Part shown: positions 59,947 through 64,000 of the stretch, piece by piece
How positions within the stretch are numbered: position 1 is the stretch's first letter
Layout of the letters: each line of letters opens with the position of its first letter
Assembly: GCA_021815205.1 (NCBI GenBank)
Contig: JAKAHD010000003.1
Span: 27,239-91,238 of the forward strand
From: a bacterium
Lineage (GTDB): Bacteria > Patescibacteriota > Minisyncoccia > UBA6257 > GWB1-50-10
Length of the DNA: 64,000 nt
Reading direction: 5' to 3'
The notes under the pieces: generated by a model
Told to the model about the DNA's origin: nothing
What the model saw: only the letters and a program-made list of their open reading frames with translations
Databases searched by the model: none
Position numbers and translations under genes: made by a program

Positions 59947-62900
59947 CTATTGCAACTTTCTCAATCCAATCCAAATATCGGATTCGTTGATTTTTGTGTC
60001 ACACTCCGCATCGAACTTCTCGGAGCGCTTCCACTCGACCGATGCGGCATTCGTTTCTTTCTTAATAAGGGCGGTGTTCTTCTCGACGATACTCGCGAAC
60101 TCCTTGTCCCCCTCCATCATGAGCGCGATCGTGTCCTTCGGCTCAAGCCTCGCGTCCTGGCGCAATCCCTGGATCGTGCGCATAAGCTCGCGGAGCATTC
60201 CCTCTTCGCGGAGTTCGTGTGTAATCTCCGCATCGAGCACGAAGTCCTCCTTGAGATTTTTGTCGAAACTGATTGTCTTCACATTGATTTCGTCTTTGAG
60301 TATCTCCAAAAGTTCTTTCTGGCCGCTTAATTCCTGATTCCTAATTCCTAATTCCCGTAAAGGTTGTCTCACCTTTATTCCCCGTTCCGCCCGCTTCGCG
60401 AGGACCGCGCTCGCCAAGTCGCGTACTTTCGCCATATCGGTCAATAATTTTTGATTTTTGATTTTTGATTTTTGATCTACCTTCGTCCACTCCGCCATAT
60501 GCACCGAGAGCCCTTTCCCGTCGAGCGAGAGGTAGAGCGATTCGGCAAAGAAGGGGGTAAAGGGCGCCATAAGTTTCGCGGTCTCAAGAAGCGCATACCG
60601 GAGCGTCGCGGATGCCGCCGCGTAGTCCTCTTGACTTTCCGGTTTCTGGAGCCGCCGCCGCGACCGGCGGATATACCAGCGCGAGAGGTCCCCCGCAAAA
60701 TTCTCGATGTTCCGCGCCGCGGTCCCTATGTCGTAGACATTCAAACTCTTTGTCACCACATTGATCGTCTCATTGAGCCGCGCAAGGACCCATCTGTCAA
60801 GAATGTGCGAAGGTTTTAGGTTTAAGGTCTTAGGTTTTAGGTTTCTATCGGAATATGTTTCGCAGAAGACATAGGAGTGATACAAAAGTTGGAAGAACTG
60901 GCGCGAAACTTTTCCGAGATCCGCCTCATCAAACCGCTTGGGCTCGCCCGGCGGATTCACGGTGTAGCAATACCACCGGACGACATCAACGCCGTACTTC
61001 GCGATCATGTCCCACGGGCTTACGATATTCCCCTTCGACTTCGACATCTTCTGCCCGTGCTTATCGAGAATAAGCCCTAAGGCGATCACGTTCTTATAGG
61101 GTGCCTCAAGTCCCAAGAGCGTCGCGAGCGCGAGGAGCGTATAAAACCAGCCGCGCGTCTGATCAATTCCCTCGACGATATAGTCGGCGGGAAAATCGAT
61201 CTTCTTTATGAGCGCTTTGAGATTCTGCGGGGTGAGCTTTGGTGTCTTGGCAGTGAGCTTCAAATTGAACCTGAAGGGAAAGTGTTCCTGGGCGAAGGGC
61301 ATCGCACCAGAATCAAACCACACGTCCATCACTTCCGGTACTCGATGCATCGCGGTTTTGCACTTCGGGCACTCCACGGAAAATTCGTCAATGTAGGGAC
61401 GATGCAGATCAAACTCGCCCGTCTCGCTTCTCGGTACGGAACGCAGGGTGCCATACTCCACCTCGCCGTTCTTTACGTAATCCTCGCCGCGCCTATCCTT
61501 CTCGGCGACCGCGTCCGTACTCGTCCATCCCTGCATAATATGCTGGAGCATCCAGACGCACGATTCGTGCGTCACAATAAGAATCGTCTTCCCTTGATAT
61601 TTCTTCTCCATCTCACGCACAAAATCATAGAGTCGCGCGCGCAAATCGGCGAAGCTCTCCCCGTTCGGCGCCCGCTTCAGAAACTTCTCGTGGCGCGAAC
61701 CGTAGTATCCTCGGTACGCGTCATACGGCATGTCGTTGAAGTCGCCAAAATCGAACTCGCGGATACGCGCATCGAACACGATCTTCGGAAGCGAGAGCTT
61801 CTCCTTGAGCACCTCGGCGCTCTCCTTGGTGCGCGTGAGATCGGAGGCAAAAAAGAGATCAATCTTTTCCTTCTTTATTTTTCGTGCGGCGGCCTCGATC
61901 TGCGTTCTCCCCTTCAAGGTGAGGTGGTACGGCTTCTTCTCGGGCCAGCTCACGACCATATGCTTTGTATTGCTCTCCGCCTCGCCGTGGCGGATGAAGA
62001 TGTACTTGTTTGTGCTCTTCGGCGCAAGTGATTCAAGATCCTTCACGCTCCCCGGCACATGCGCCTTCCCGCACTGCTCGCACTGCCAGATCGGCAAGGG
62101 AGTGCCCCAGTACCGCTCGCGGGAAACCGCCCAATCCTTCACCTCGCGAAGCCACTCGCCGAAACGCCCGTCCTTAATTGTTTCCGGAACCCAGTTGATC
62201 TTTTTATTTGAAGCGAGGAGTTTCGAGCGAAGCGAGCTCATCGCGATAAACCACGAGTCGCGCGCATAGTAGAGGAGCGGCGTACCGCACCGCCAGCAGT
62301 ACGGGTAATCGTGCGTATATTCTTCGGTACGGAGGAAGAGGTTTTTTGACTTTAAATATTCAAATATCAGTTCCTCCGTTTCTTTGCTTTTCACGGAGCG
62401 TCCCTCAAGTTCCTTCACGTCCTTTGTAAACTTCCCTTGTTCATCCACCGTGTGGTGCTGCGGGAGACCGATTCTTTTTCCGAGATTATAATCGTCTTCT
62501 CCGTACATCACGGCGGTGTGCACGACGCCTGTGCCGTCCGTCGTCGTCACGAAATCAGCGGGATACACTTTATATGAGGTGTCGGATTTAAGCGCAGGCA
62601 CGTCGAAAAGCGGCTCGTACTCTAAACCGATCAGATCCTTTCCTTGTATCGTAGTAAGTATTTTGTATTCAGTAGTAAGCACCTTGCTCGCTAAATCTTG
62701 AGCAACAATGTAATTCTCCCCCGTATCCTTACTGCGCACTACTTGATATGTAATACTTTTCCCCACGGCGAGCGCGACATTCCCGGGAAGCGTCCACGGG
62801 GTTGTGGTCCAGGAAAGAACATAAATGTCTCCTCGAGTTTTTAGTTTCGAGTTTTTAGTTTTTAGTTTGAATTTTATATAGACTGAAGTATCCTTCACTT

Positions 62901-63501
62901 CCTTGTATCCCAACGCGAGTTCGTGCGAAGAAAGCGCGGTGCCGCATCGCGTGCACCACGGCACTACCTTATGGCCCTTGTAGAGCAGTTTCTTCTCCCA
63001 AATTTGTTTCAAAAGAAACCACACCGATTCGATGTAGTTGTTCTCATAGGTTATGTAGGGATTTTTAAGATCGAGCCAGAAGCCCATACGGCGCGTAAGA
63101 CGCTCCCACTCGTCTTTGTACTGCCAGACGGACTGTCTGCACGCCTCGTTGAACTTCGCGATACCGTACTGTTCGATCTCCTTCTTCGATTTCAGGCCGA
63201 GTTTTTTCTCGACCTCGAGCTCCACGGGAAGCCCGTGCGTATCCCACCCCGCGCGGCGCGGGACGTAGTAGCCGGACATTGATTTATAGCGAAGTATTAT
63301 GTCCTTGAAACTTCGCGAGAGTACGTGATGGATGCCGGGGCGGCCGTTTGCGGTGGGAGGTCCTTCATAAAACACGAATTTTCTTCCCCTACTCTCTCTT
63401 CGTGCGGCAAGGGATTTTTCGAATACCGAATTTTCTCGCCAAAATGAAAGTATTTTTTCTTCTATTTCGGGGAGAGAAAATTTCTCAAGTCTGCGCAACA
63501 T
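59947..63501 (-). CDS. ileS: Isoleucine--tRNA ligase (type 2) with inserted histidine-phosphatase domain
   Basis: EGPPTANG, GWDTHGLPVE, WTTTPWTLP, SRERYWGTP, EGIDQTRGWFY, KMSKS; internal RHGE domain. Confidence 0.95.
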   Translation of the reverse strand: MLRRLEKFSLPEIEEKILSFWRENSVFEKSLAARRESRGRKFVFYEGPPTANGRPGIHHVLSRSFKDIILRYKSMSGYYVPRRAGWDTHGLPVELEVEKKLGLKSKKEIEQYGIAKFNEACRQSVWQYKDEWERLTRRMGFWLDLKNPYITYENNYIESVWFLLKQIWEKKLLYKGHKVVPWCTRCGTALSSHELALGYKEVKDTSVYIKFKLKTKNSKLKTRGDIYVLSWTTTPWTLPGNVALAVGKSITYQVVRSKDTGENYIVAQDLASKVLTTEYKILTTIQGKDLIGLEYEPLFDVPALKSDTSYKVYPADFVTTTDGTGVVHTAVMYGEDDYNLGKRIGLPQHHTVDEQGKFTKDVKELEGRSVKSKETEELIFEYLKSKNLFLRTEEYTHDYPYCWRCGTPLLYYARDSWFIAMSSLRSKLLASNKKINWVPETIKDGRFGEWLREVKDWAVSRERYWGTPLPIWQCEQCGKAHVPGSVKDLESLAPKSTNKYIFIRHGEAESNTKHMVVSWPEKKPYHLTLKGRTQIEAAARKIKKEKIDLFFASDLTRTKESAEVLKEKLSLPKIVFDARIREFDFGDFNDMPYDAYRGYYGSRHEKFLKRAPNGESFADLRARLYDFVREMEKKYQGKTILIVTHESCVWMLQHIMQGWTSTDAVAEKDRRGEDYVKNGEVEYGTLRSVPRSETGEFDLHRPYIDEFSVECPKCKTAMHRVPEVMDVWFDSGAMPFAQEHFPFRFNLKLTAKTPKLTPQNLKALIKKIDFPADYIVEGIDQTRGWFYTLLALATLLGLEAPYKNVIALGLILDKHGQKMSKSKGNIVSPWDMIAKYGVDVVRWYCYTVNPPGEPKRFDEADLGKVSRQFFQLLYHSYVFCETYSDRNLKPKTLNLKPSHILDRWVLARLNETINVVTKSLNVYDIGTAARNIENFAGDLSRWYIRRSRRRLQKPESQEDYAAASATLRYALLETAKLMAPFTPFFAESLYLSLDGKGLSVHMAEWTKVDQKSKIKNQKLLTDMAKVRDLASAVLAKRAERGIKVRQPLRELGIRNQELSGQKELLEILKDEINVKTISFDKNLKEDFVLDAEITHELREEGMLRELMRTIQGLRQDARLEPKDTIALMMEGDKEFASIVEKNTALIKKETNAASVEWKRSEKFDAECDTKINESDIWIGLRKLQ

Positions 63502-63748
63502 GGTAGTTATTGTAATGGGGAAGCGGAATTTTCGCAAAACACGGACACCGAATTTTAAATATCCATCATATGAGAAAACCCACCATAATATGCGCACACA
63601 TCCGCCCCTCAAAAGTAACGATTACTAAATCAATTTAGTACAACGGAAGGAGGTCTTGCCTCAATATGATGTATTGAAGCGAGGCGTCCTGATTTTAGAG
63701 TACGTGTATCCGCGTAAATCAGTTTTAAATCCGCGGTAATCCGTTTTT

Positions 63749-64000
63749 TTACATTCTCTCCACCACTTCGATCCCCAGAAGCTCTAAACCCTTCCTCAGC
63801 ACATCCGCAGCAACGCTGAGGAGCGCGAGCCGTGCAGCACGCACCTTCTCATTCGCCCTCAAGACAGGCAGTGTTTGATAAAAATAATTTGCGTCTTTCG
63901 CGAGCGCATAGAGATAATCCGAAAGGTGATTTGGGTAGTACGAGCGCGTAATCTCCTCAACCACCTGGGGAAATTCAAAAAGGTCCATAATAAGCTTCTC
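63749..64000 (-). CDS. argS: Arginine--tRNA ligase, C-terminal DALR domain (partial)
   Basis: FPQVV, YLYALAK..N.FY...PVL, ARLAL, GLELLGI...ERM. Confidence 0.85.
   Translation of the reverse strand, partial: EKLIMDLFEFPQVVEEITRSYYPNHLSDYLYALAKDANYFYQTLPVLRANEKVRAARLALLSVAADVLRKGLELLGIEVVERM

Overview
Chromosomal segment of a small-genome bacterium, most consistent with Patescibacteria/Parcubacteria (inferred from the gene set, scarce Shine-Dalgarno sites and an aaRS with an inserted phosphatase domain). About 1-17 kb is a surface-glycan cluster: a GDP-heptose pathway (hddA-gmhA-hddC-gmhB), gmd/fcl, split transketolase, glycosyl- and methyltransferases. About 17-27 kb holds O-antigen-ligase/TPR genes and a 1135-aa S-layer-like protein. 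The rest is housekeeping (clpB, HtrA protease, cysteine desulfurase, tmk, gdhA, gpmI, rny, HU, ECF sigma, secG, rnj, trpS, ileS, 3' end of argS) with six tRNAs. The unusual layer is non-genic. Several families of short imperfect repeats and palindromes occur as inward-facing arms around single small genes (GxxExxY nuclease-fold, four-helix-bundle/Avd-like), as empty gene-less copies, nested in each other, as in-frame peptide insertions in enzymes, and inside tRNA relics. Also present: a group I intron in tRNA-Phe(GAA), an intact tRNA-Pro nested in the anticodon loop of a shattered tRNA, and a conserved 31-nt loop carried on two unrelated long stems. All calls were made by eye; no database searches were run.
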